Assembly: GCA_040954595.2 (NCBI GenBank)
Contig: CM082587.2
Coordinates: 2,757,000 to 2,820,999, forward strand
DNA from: Balanoglossus misakiensis
Lineage: Eukaryota > Animalia > Hemichordata
Direction of reading: 5' to 3'
DNA length: 64,000 nt
The notes under the pieces are model-generated. The model was not told the DNA's origin, did no database searches, and saw nothing but the letters and a program-made list of their open reading frames with translations. The number at the start of each line of letters is the position of its first letter. Positions within the stretch are counted from its first letter, which is position 1. Positions 54,733 through 64,000 of this stretch are shown one piece after another. The translations under genes and the position numbers were made by a program.

Positions 54733-57700
54733 TATGTGACAGGGAATGTTTTAAGTGAAGTTTTTTTCCGATACGTCAGTGTCATCAACGTTCTTCCTGG
54801 TATTTAGCACCTCACTTAAAGCGACTTTATTCCTTACACACACACTTGACCAGCTACTCTCTGTAAGCTGTCCAATATCTCCAGCCGGAGTTCGTATTTT
54901 CGGAAGGTTGTCACTTAATTCGACTAGGATGATCCCTGTGTGTTTATATGTCACCAACTTGTCAGCACCAACACAACTCGTGATGTATTTGTGGTACAAC
55001 CACCACATTCAGAAACTGATACCGATGACGCAGTAAACATTTTCCCAACCTACCAGTTCCACATGGGAAAGGGAAAAGTCTGACCCGAGAATGCCGGAAG
55101 GAAGCTGCCCAAAATAAAAACTGCAGTGTGACCTGAACCCCACTGCTATGTATGATATTTCAGGGACAGACTCACTCTCTCTCTTGCCATTAAAGTAATT
55201 AATAAGAATTAATTAACGAGATGGGACAGCTGAAGCGCTCCTTAGTTTTTTTTCACAGTGGCATGTCCTAAATACTATAAACAAGCATGTCTTCACTGGT
55301 GAGTGGTTATGTCAACTAACCACTTGTAATGTAAAAGCTGTTGATTACTACCGTTACAATCAAACACGACTATCACGCAATGTTGTCCGCCAAGCATGTA
55401 TTCAACTCCGTTTAATTTTACTGCATCCTGGCCCAACTCAGCATTACATACCTGTAGATGAAACCTGTGAGTAGGCAACACATTTAATAAAAAATAATGC
55501 AAACAAAAAACTTCAAATGTTTAATAAACACACACCATTTGTGGGGGACAAGCACAAGCAAACCATGCACACCTCTGTTGCCAGGTGAAGGCTTTTGATT
55601 GTACGAGGGAAACAGACATGAGAACAAACAGACTGGCTCTGCGAAATCTATTCCCGGTCACATGGGAGACCTTGATGTGAGATTTATTTCAGTGGTATTG
55701 TTGAAAGCAAAATAAGAACCACGAAAAGTCTGTCATTACGTTAAAAACTACAAAAGACTTCACAGTGGCATACTTTTAACTCTCGGCTTATTTTAGTATA
55801 CTATGGTATGTTTTCATATAAACTGTGTTGATACACCTAGCACCATGACTGAGGAATGCAACAATCACTCAATAACTCACTGACCAGTGTGGGATTTGTG
55901 GGTGATCACTTTCAAAAGAGTTTTCCAGATGGTATGTACATTAAAACCATTTTGTTTCTACAGTTCTCACAGACCTCAGTGCAGAATGCACTTAAATTTC
56001 CCATTTTACAGTATTTTTGACTGTAGATCTGTGCTTGATGCAAGTATAAAAACAAAGTTCTGATGTGGCTGCCTGATAAAAATACAATCATATACACCCT
56101 ACTTATGACTAAGCCTTGGTACACTTCCCTTAAACATTCAATATACTTCGACCCTAATCTTACAAGAACAGCTCATGAAAATATAGACTTTCAGTACAAC
56201 CACACAGATTAATGTTGTGGATGATTCAATGTCCGCACACTACAAGCAGCTCAATATAGATTCATAAAAGCTATTTATAGAATATTCACACTGGCAGTAA
56301 AATTAATGGAGTTAACAGTCTGTTATTATTTTCAGCCAACTTGAAACCTCTACTCATGTTCTCATACTGAGGGCCAAGACGAACTTAATCTGAACCCACA
56401 TTTGTGTTGAGTGTGTGTTCTTATTATCATACAATCTAGTTTGTTTTTCAATCTGATTTCAATCAGATTTAGTTGACTGCCAATGCCGAAATTGAAGGTC
56501 GAGATGCAGCACTTTTGTCTTCCTTGATGCTTTGTGTATATCATGTCAATACAAGGATGGCAGAAGTTTGGGGTTTAGATAGCACAATGAAATACCAAAC
56601 ATAGTTCAACTATGACTTCATGAAAACCAATGCTCGGTCTTGGTTCATTTTTATCTGCCACTTCCAGTAGGACAGCCCACTTTTCCCCCCTTTAACCAAT
56701 CAGAGTCCAAGAAAGTGACTACATCACCGCCTGTATGCTAATAATGACAAGAAGTGTATGCTGTGGAAACAAGGTCAGTCTTGGGCAATCGAAAGCTAAG
56801 ATTTCAGAAAGCTGTGAAGTTAATACCGTTCTGCAGATAACCTGCCATGACACTGACTTATGGCGAGTCGTGCACTTTAGATAATTATAGCATCAAACTG
56901 CCAAGCTATCCCATGAATGAATTAACATCAAAACAGCTACACATCTAATTGCCTGCCCCTTATCTCGTCCGAATTTCATGGCAGCCTGCGATCGGTTTTC
57001 CCTTTCAGGCATAAAGGACTGACTTGGAAAACAACACCACACACAGCCTGCGGCAACCAATTTTTATTGGTTACTGGATCCTCTATCAGAATCTAACCGT
57101 TCTGTGCACTGGGTGACTTATTTTTATTTAATCTCCAGTCCACTGAACTGTTTTTCATATTACTCAACTACCATGAAATCTACTGAAACAAAACAGTTTT
57201 GGCTAAGGACAACATGTGGCTTTTAACCTTGACATTCGGGTGAGTTGTGATTTGGTGTCTTGCCTGACATGTTTCCGTAAAAAGTTCTGAGAACTCTCTG
57301 CCTTTCATAAAGATATTGTATTAAAGCTGAACTGTTTTCTCTTTTCAAAGTTTGTACTCAGTTTATTTTGAACATTGAAGTCTTTTTCCGATACTTAAAA
57401 GAATGTTGAACTTGTAGAAGTAAACAGTACAATGCAGAGTCCTGACACAACCTTGAAGGGCGCCACCTACAGGGTAATTATCCTTATACATGTACATGTA
57501 TTTGTTTTCATTCGCAAATACATGTACATGGGTCTTCTATGTCGCAAACTGCACCAACAAGTTTCTTGGTTATCCAGGGTACCATTCCAGTCTTCTTTGG
57601 TTGAAACGTGGAGTCACTCTTGTTGAAGTCTGATCTTCATCTTCTTTTTATATTGTGTGTGCGGTGTGTGCATGATCTAGACTTTCTCACATCCCCTTGC

Positions 57701-57776
57701 TGTGGCTTGCTGGCCATGTTTTGGTGGTATGGATGAATGTAGCACTGTAACAGCCAACTTTTCCATCCTCCTTCAC

Positions 57777-57803
57777 CTTGTAGACTATAGCTAGCAAGCA
57801 CAG
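57777..57803 (-). CDS. Possible 27-nt symmetric microexon (AVLASYSLQ)
   Basis: Acceptor cctcacattctctag| and donor AAG|gtgaag; phase 1->1 and open. Confidence 0.35.
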
Positions 57804-58039
57804 CTAGAGAATGTGAGGAAGTCTACGCAGGGAGAACCATTTGATTTCTGGAGGGGGGAGGAGGATTTGGGTATGTCAGCAAAATTGTTTTTCTATTCCC
57901 AGTGACAGTCCTACTTTCTGTCCTAAGGCACTGCAGATTTCCCCTATCATCTGCCAACAACTTTTTCCCAAAAAATCCTCCACCACCCTAGTTATCAAAT
58001 GGCTCTCCCCTATTAAATTCACATAAACATCGTTCGTAC

Positions 58040-58172
58040 CTGATGTTGTTTCTTCATCACTGCTCTCTGATGATGACGACGAACCGAAATGCCATTCTTT
58101 GAAAAAGTAGGCCTGTCCCTTGTCCAACCGAAAACAAGGATACCCTGAGGCTTCTTGGACTTCTTCAGCAGC
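58040..58172 (-). CDS. RasGAP long-isoform exon: AAEEVQEASGYPCFRLDKGQAYFFKEWHFGSSSSSESSDEETTS-, phase 0 -> 1
   Basis: Acceptor ttttcttgtggaatatag| and donor CAG|gtacga; 133 nt. Links exon 58601 to the common exon in frame. Confidence 0.82.
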
Positions 58173-58600
58173 CTATATTCCACAAGAAAAGTTTTGAAAT
58201 TGTTAACTTAATATCTGCAACATTTTTTTCTTATATTCATTATCATCTCATTCAATAATTTAGTCTGAATGTTAAGTTTATTAGAAAATCAGTAATTAAA
58301 TAAAAATGCTTTAATTTTAAATATAAACTGACAAACTTACTGCCTAAATATTTTCTCGGGGTTGATGCCAAGAATTTTCAGTTTTGCCTGGAGAGGGCGC
58401 TATATACAACCAACTTTTAAGTACTAGTATCTGTCCACGTCCTTCAATGTAACAATTCAATATTTTTCGCTACTTTTCGATGATAATTGCTTCCCTAGAA
58501 TTGCCAACAGCATCACTGATGCTTAGGCCAATTAACAAATATTGTTGAAATGTACTTTACTTTATTCTGAAATACATTCAAACAAGCACAACCAACTTAC

Positions 58601-58731
58601 CTCTTCATCATTAAAGTGATACAAATGTAAATCTTCTAAGGATAAGACACAAAACTTCGCTTTCCACACCAAATGTTCACCAATCTGCCAAGCCTTAGAT
58701 AGGGGGTATGCTTTTCTCACATTCCTGGTTA
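58601..58731 (-). CDS. RasGAP long-isoform exon, N-half of split PH domain: TRNVRKAYPLSKAWQIGEHLVWKAKFCVLSLEDLHLYHFNDEE
   Basis: PH-type W-x-x-x-F-C-V-L strand; donor GAG|gtaagt (phase 0); acceptor ctcctag| (alternative AG at 58724). Confidence 0.85.
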
Positions 58732-59048
58732 CTAGGAGTGTCATAAAAATCAATGATCAAAGGTTTGATATCACTTCCATTAGGATTTAAAACTCTCACT
58801 AAAAAAAGAAGCTTCCCCCAAGCTTCTATGTCAGTTATGATCATGTATAAGACAATTATCATCAGAGCTGCACTAGAAATAGTAGAGTAGTACATATTCT
58901 CTCACCTACTGGTATTCCTGTTTGTCAAGTGTATTCAAATTATAAGGGGCTGAGAAACTTGACATAATGTGCATGAATCTTCAAAAAAATTACTTGCTTC
59001 CCATCATCTATTCCCTACCTCCATACTTCCATAGACTGCATACCATAC

Positions 59049-59077
59049 CATATCCACTTTGTAATCTATGAAACTGG
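59049..59077 (-). CDS. Possible small upstream RasGAP exon (QFHRLQSGY), phase 2 -> 1
   Basis: attatag|C...ATG|gtatgg, in frame with the 58731 acceptor. Possible phase-2 partners have donors at 59159 (MGCDRSRDSF) or 59799 (MKMHKLSG...). Confidence 0.35.
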
Positions 59078-60494
59078 CTATAATAATATTATTTAACCTG
59101 TATATTCATAAAAAGCTCATCCTCTAAAGTCACGTGAAAATATGAGATTTTTGTATACCAAAAGGAATCTCGTGAACGATCGCAACCCATTGAGAGAAAA
59201 TGCGCGTGAATAATGTTGAACAAGAGTAGTATATTCTATCGGAAGCGGGTACCGTACACACGTCAAATCTTGATAAACTCCTAACCAAATAAATTTACTG
59301 TTTACTTTTAGTATTACTTTCTTGTATTGGGAAATATTTGAAAGAAATAGGAAGAACTTTGGTTTGCGTCCGAATCAAGCTTGTCGATTTCAAGTTGAAC
59401 GCGCGCGCGCCTTGTGTGCTACTGGTTTTACGTATTATCAATGGTCATTGAACTTTCTGACTTGTTTTATATTTTGACACATTGATCGGAAGATAAAGAG
59501 TGCTCGCGGTGGAACAACCGCCCGGTTGGCTGACACCATTGTACTTTAACAATGGTGACGATTAAAGACAAATAACGGCAAGCGAACACACGTTTTTTTT
59601 TTATGGAAAAGAAAACAGATTTCGTACACAGTGAGTGTAAACGTTATCACTTTATGTACACAAGTCGTTGCAACAAAGATGCAAATCGTCCATTCGTGGG
59701 GCAAAACTCTCAAGGTAATGACCGCAATTCATCACAGAATGACTGCGGTGTTCTTTGAATTCAAGGTCTCAAGATCTTTTGTATTCCTCTGAATTTACCT
59801 TCGAAGTACATGCTTGCCTGAGCATCTTTTTATAAACTGGGGAACGTTCACCGAAGTCATCACAGAGCAGCCAGAAAGTTTATGCATTTTCATCAATCCT
59901 GCGAGCCGCATCAGATTTTATACACAGACTACAAGGCGGGGATGTCCCTCAGAAACCACATCGCGTTACTTCTCTTACATGCAAAACATTTGGCGGTAAC
60001 TTTGAAATGAGAAAAACCTTTGTCTGTCAATGCGACAAACATCTAGTCGTCGAGGAATGATGTACATGTGCAGTGGTGGGATTGCCCTCGTGCGTCACAC
60101 TTAAACTTGAAGTTAAACTTACTTAAAACTTTCAGCCAGCCCTCTACTCTTCCATTCAGCTCCATCTGTTATTGCTTCAAACGCAGATCAGTGTGTACCC
60201 ATCCAAAAAGCAGATCTTCAGTCATAAAACAACGCTGCGCTGGGACAATCAAAACAATGGATCCGTTCAACTTTTGTTCAATCAGTGGTTCTTGTTCTCT
60301 TGTGCGCATGAATACGAGTGATATATATGAACTTGGAAATGCGTATTGTAATTGAAATATATACATCACAGAATGCATTCAGCAGAATAGAATATCGCAC
60401 ATCAAACTTTTTTGATCAAAAAGGCCCATTTTGATTCATTTTAAGCCCAATGCACGCAGTTGTTGTCATGTTTGGGGATTATTTTTTAAGTGGA

Positions 60495-60559
60495 TGAGTC
60501 AGTTTAGTTGTTATGCGTTGGGGAATCCCATGACGTGACGTCATATAAAGTGGGCGGGG
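60495..60559. promoter_or_regulatory. Compact AP-1 / NF-kB / CRE / TATA-like / GC-box motif cluster
   Basis: TGAGTCA 60495-60501; GGGGAATCCC 60520-60529; TGACGTCA 60536-60543; TATAAAG 60544-60550; GGGCGGGG 60552-60559. Confidence 0.5.
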
Positions 60560-60787
60560 ACGCTAAAACTTTTCTGCAGCTAGTTAGGGTTTCCTCACAA
60601 GGCCACTGAAGTGATAAAAAAGTTTTTGATTTCTGAAGTGCATACCATTATTGATAAAAATATGATTTGGGGATGTTTGGCCTCCAGGAAGCAATTTCTT
60701 CTCATGCTGACGAAGCCTTGACACCTTGACTCGCAAACGTTCAAAACCACATTCATCACCACAATGAATATACTATGTACATCATTT

Positions 60788-60875
60788 TTTATTCCAAATT
60801 ATCAATGTTATCAAGTATACAAAAAGTTTACCTCCTGTGAAAGATACGTAATTATCACAAATTACACTTTTTATT
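60788..60875 (-). terminator. Candidate FIRRM polyadenylation signals (AATAAA x2)
   Basis: TTTATT on the plus strand at 60870-60875 and 60788-60793, about 55 and 140 nt after the stop codon. Confidence 0.5.
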
Positions 60876-60930
60876 AAAATTGCTCTATCTACTAATATAG
60901 TGATATTATATCCTTTCATTTTGATTCTGA

Positions 60931-61101
60931 TCAATTGGACAGTGTGTGTATTCTGGCCTGTATATTACTGAGTTCATCGGCAAGCCAAGATGGTGATGGT
61001 ATTGACTTCCTCAGCTGTTCCATGTTGTTCAGTTGGAATTGAATATTCCTGACAGCATCTCTGTAACCACTCTCATCATACTTTGTTCTTTTGCTGTAGG
61101 G
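60931..61101 (-). CDS. FIRRM: FIRRM/C1orf112 last coding exon (PYSKRTKYDESGYRDAV...PSWLADELSNIQARIHTLSN*)
   Basis: Acceptor ttttctcctcag|, 57 codons including TGA. Resembles the human C-terminus PKAKRARQE..YRSAL..PAWLSMEM. Confidence 0.88.
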   Translation of the reverse strand, partial: PYSKRTKYDESGYRDAVRNIQFQLNNMEQLRKSIPSPSWLADELSNIQARIHTLSN

Positions 61102-61301
61102 CTGAGGAGAAAAGAAAACTTCTAAATGACAACATCAAAGGTTTAATATCTACCAGATTCAAGCAATGAGTCTGTCCGAAGCCAATCGTTGCTTGGTGAC
61201 AGTTTGAGTGTCAGCGGCTTGTGAAAAAGACTGGAAAAGATTGCTGTCCACCTATCAAATCTGTTTTATTGATTATTTTCAAAGGAACACTTCTGTCTCA
61301 C

Positions 61302-61466
61302 CTCCGTGTCGGTAGATTCATGATTCATCAGAGTGAAGTCCTTTATCTTGTTGAGATCAGCTGATGACTTATTCTCCAGCCTGTGTAAATATTCCTTGAT
61401 GGCTTCTTGTTGGTTTCTCAGCTGTTCTTTGTCAGGCGGTAGATCACTGCCCCCAGTGTGAGCAAC
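61302..61466 (-). CDS. FIRRM: FIRRM exon (VAHTGGSDL...STDTE)
   Basis: tttcag| ... GAG|gtgaga; 165 nt, phase 0/0. Confidence 0.88.
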
Positions 61467-61623
61467 CTGAAAAGATAGCATGGTAACAGAGTTGATACTT
61501 TGGGATCGAATACGCTGTGTGATTGGAAACAAGTTTGTGGAATGTATCAGATAAAGCAAATTTAGTTCAGGGATACTTTTTTTCTTTGTCACCGGTACTG
61601 ATCGGCAGGTTATGCAACATTAC

Positions 61624-61704
61624 CTTGCTAAGAAAATTAACCACAGTGTCTTGTATGTTTCCCTTCTGCAAACACTCAGGGACGATTTGCTCATAGACGG
61701 TTTC
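61624..61704 (-). CDS. FIRRM: FIRRM exon (ETVYEQIVPECLQKGNIQDTVVNFLSK)
   Basis: 81 nt, GT-AG boundaries; matches the EEIVPQCL motif. Confidence 0.92.
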
Positions 61705-61884
61705 CTGGAAATGATTTGCACAAATGAGATCATTAGTAAACAGGAATGGTATAGAATACCTCTGACTAGGTGAGGATGAGTTTTTCTCCTCCAGGCTTAT
61801 CTGCACCTAAGTTGTCAGTGACCTTTTCCTGTTTGGCTCTCAGAGAGTATATCATGCCAATTAGAATACTGAGACTTGACCTAC

Positions 61885-61989
61885 CTCAGCAAACACACTG
61901 AATGCTTCCAATGCTCTCTGATGAACAACTGCATTACTGTCATCAAGTACTTCTGAGAATAACACTGGCAGTTTACTCTGTATTTGGCC
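61885..61989 (-). CDS. FIRRM: FIRRM exon (GQIQSKLPVLFSEVLDDSNAVVHQRALEAFSVFAE)
   Basis: 105 nt, GT-AG boundaries; matches the LEAFTQFAE motif. Confidence 0.92.
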
Positions 61990-62192
61990 CTGTTAAGAAT
62001 AAAGACCTGTCATTAGAACATGCAATCATTCACATTTTTGAGATTACTACTGACTGGTCCAAGGGTTGACACATACAAACACACATGCACGCATGTACGT
62101 GCACATGCATGCACACAAGCACACACACTGATTTGAGTTTTACATCTTGGGTTTGCTCATAGTGTCAATCAGGGACTGTAAGTGTTACCTAC

Positions 62193-62306
62193 CTCAAAGG
62201 ATGCTGGGACTGTCTTCTTTCCGAAATTTCTCAGAAACTCAGTGACAGCAAGCCGGAAGATGGTCGGTGGAGAAGCTGACAGAACTGTCAACAAATTTGA
62301 CACTAT
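62193..62306 (-). CDS. FIRRM: FIRRM exon (IVSNLLTVLSASPPTIFRLAVTEFLRNFGKKTVPASFE)
   Basis: 114 nt, phase 0/0, GT-AG boundaries. Confidence 0.9.
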
Positions 62307-62441
62307 CTGTGGGGTTCAAAAAAGGGAGGAAAATATTATATGGAAAGTATACATGTACTTGATGCAGAGGCAGGAACACACTGAATTCATAGATAATACT
62401 GCAACCGACAAAATACACAGATAAATGAGTGACCACTGTAC

Positions 62442-62657
62442 CTGTAGCAATTCCGCTGGCTGAATAAGTGGCAGTAGCCAGGATGACAATGAGGTCAGCT
62501 GATAGATGACACCATGGGATGAGATCCTGTCCATTGGGAGAACTGCCCAGAGACCGCACACGACTTCTACAGTTGATGCCTGCAGTGCACTAGACAGTGG
62601 TAGGGATGCTGGGTCTGTGTTCTGGTGTATGTTACACAGCAGTTTCAGGGAGACTTC
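62442..62657 (-). CDS. FIRRM: FIRRM exon (EVSLKLLCNIHQ...VEVVCGLWAVL...AELLQ)
   Basis: 216 nt, phase 0/0; matches IEVVSQLWAFL. Confidence 0.9.
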
Positions 62658-62742
62658 CTGTACATGTGGAAGAAGATCAGCAAATTATGACTTTGGATTG
62701 TTTTGTAGCGATCGAAGAAAACAATCAATGAGGACCACTTAC

Positions 62743-62928
62743 CAATTCAGTCAATGATGTCATGGTCTTCGGTGGTGACTCCATCCATTTCTGTATCTGT
62801 GCTGTACAAAACTGCGTCACATTTTCACAGACTGTTTGCTTCAGCTCACTCTTGGTAAACACGGACAACGGCAGGTGAGTCCAAAGCTGTGGATGCTGGT
62901 CAGTGGGGTATCTCTTTACAAACTCCAT
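62743..62928 (-). CDS. FIRRM: FIRRM exon (MEFVKRYPTDQHPQLWTHLPL...LTEL)
   Basis: 186 nt; matches LEFIQKFSP..LWQHISF..KWL. Confidence 0.92.
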
Positions 62929-63110
62929 CTAATGAAGACAAAAACAGATGCTGCATATTTGAACAAACCATTCTTCAACCACAAAAGGGACTGACTGACT
63001 TTCCTGAGAAAATATGAACTGATAAAATATTCTATGGGAAATTTTACTTTGGCGGCATTTTACAGAGTACACAAAACTGTAACTTTCTGTACAAAGCAAT
63101 TCACTTTTAC

Positions 63111-63255
63111 CTGCTGATGATGGTCCATCATAGCAACCATTCTCTGCAGCATCAGACCTAGATTGGCATACGGTGTACTGGTGTTGTCAGGCAGTGTGGT
63201 TAGCAGATCAACCAGCAAATCAACATAATGACAAACTAGATCGGAACCACCCCAC
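63111..63255 (-). CDS. FIRRM: FIRRM exon (RWGGSDLVCHYVDLL...MDHHQQ)
   Basis: 145 nt, phase 2 -> 0; matches RYGTAELCAHHV. Confidence 0.92.
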
Positions 63256-63354
63256 CTGTAAATCAGAAGTATGAATTGTGATAATAGCATGAGTCAACAG
63301 CACAAAGCTGCCAATGGGGAATATGAGAGAGACTAATGTTTTGCATGTACAAAC

Positions 63355-63583
63355 CTTGCCACAAACGACCATAAATCCATCCCCAAGACAGCACTGTAGA
63401 CATTCTGGCTGAGAACATTCTCCAGGATACACTTTTCCACTCGATGGAAGTGGGCAGGTGGCAACACAGCAACAAAGCCACAAAGGTTGACGCAGAGATG
63501 TTCATAGAGGCTGACTTCTCTGTACGGTCTGCCATCATACATTGTACCAGGCACACAGACAGGAAGGCTTAGCTCAACAAAAC
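63355..63583 (-). CDS. FIRRM: FIRRM exon (FVELSLPVCVPG...LYEHLCVNLCGFV...MDLWSFVAR)
   Basis: 229 nt, phase 1 -> 2; strong match to ELSLPV..LYQHVCVHLCTFI..MDAWCFLAR. Confidence 0.93.
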
Positions 63584-63721
63584 CTGTGTAGAGATTTGGA
63601 TTACATTCATCAGTGAGTCAAACATTTCCATTGGTACCTCAAAGTTTAGTCAACTCAAATTGTGACTGGTACAACTGATACACAACATAACAACTCACAA
63701 CTCTTGAGTGATAGAACTTAC

Positions 63722-63892
63722 AGGCCTGTACAGATTTAAAAACAGCTTCAATAATGTTGTCCCTGGCTTCGTCTTCTGAGTGATTGACAGGTGTCAACCA
63801 CAGATCGATGACATCTGTCCTCTGATTGGTCAATTCTTTGACGATCTGAGTTAGCAACAAGCAGTGTGGAAAGCACCATTCCACAGGAAGAG
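63722..63892 (-). CDS. FIRRM: FIRRM exon (LPVEWCFPHCLLL...IIEAVFKSVQA); gene continues beyond right edge
   Basis: 171 nt, phase 1 -> 1; tgtag| ... CCT|gtaagt; matches ILEAVFYSFEQC. Confidence 0.9.
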
Positions 63893-64000
63893 CTACAGAT
63901 TGGGAAAAAGAGAATAAAAATAAACAAAACATTCTTGATTTTTTCCTTTGGCTAAGTAAAGTACAGTACTTATGTTGTTCTCTTTGTGTAATACCCACCT

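Larger units (their letters stand above)
1..59900 (-). other. RASAL2/DAB2IP/SYNGAP1: Gene span (5' part) of SynGAP/DAB2IP/RASAL2(nGAP)-family Ras GTPase-activating protein; continues beyond left edge
   Basis: Three exons splice in frame (58731-58601, 58172-58040, 815-715). Their peptides resemble the family N-terminus as I recall it: WKAKFCVLS..DEE vs WERKYCILT..EKE / WNPRFCIIS..DEDE, and RARRKSAP..MDTEGSPSKF vs SynGAP RSRRKSVP and RASAL2 RRRSISG..MDTANTSPFKV. The C2 and GAP domains are not in the window. The 5' limit is approximate. Confidence 0.82.

Noticed and set aside
932-62360. Frequent TACATGTA palindromes
   Set aside because: Scattered without periodicity; likely a genome-wide compositional feature rather than locus-specific.
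1-64000. CRISPR arrays, tRNA/rRNA genes, prokaryotic operons or intact autonomous transposons
   Set aside because: None seen; the sequence is spliceosomal eukaryotic DNA with no long ORFs or regular repeat-spacer arrays.

Overview
Eukaryotic, AT-rich, intron-dominated genomic DNA from an animal. It is probably an invertebrate deuterostome; one degenerate repeat resembles a family I associate with acorn-worm (Ptychodera-type) assemblies, but that is low-confidence. The ORF track is almost entirely spurious, and the real content appears only after manual splice reconstruction. Two minus-strand genes lie in tandem. (1) The last 10 coding exons of FIRRM/C1orf112 (63892->60931) splice in frame across short introns. 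(2) Immediately downstream is the 5' part of a SynGAP/DAB2IP/RASAL2(nGAP)-family RasGAP. Two exons (58731-58601, carrying the N-half of the split PH domain, and 58172-58040) are joined across a 57.2-kb intron to a common exon (815-715, DPAYESRSRARRKSAP...MDTEGSPSKF), and the gene continues off the left edge. The main finding is that this intron holds an array of about 10 candidate alternative first coding exons, each ATG-initiated, stop-free and ending in a phase-1 donor that fits the common exon. It also holds non-coding and frame-shifting cassette exons, promoter motifs and CTCF-like sites. All gene identities come from recalled protein similarity and splice-phase logic, not from database searches.
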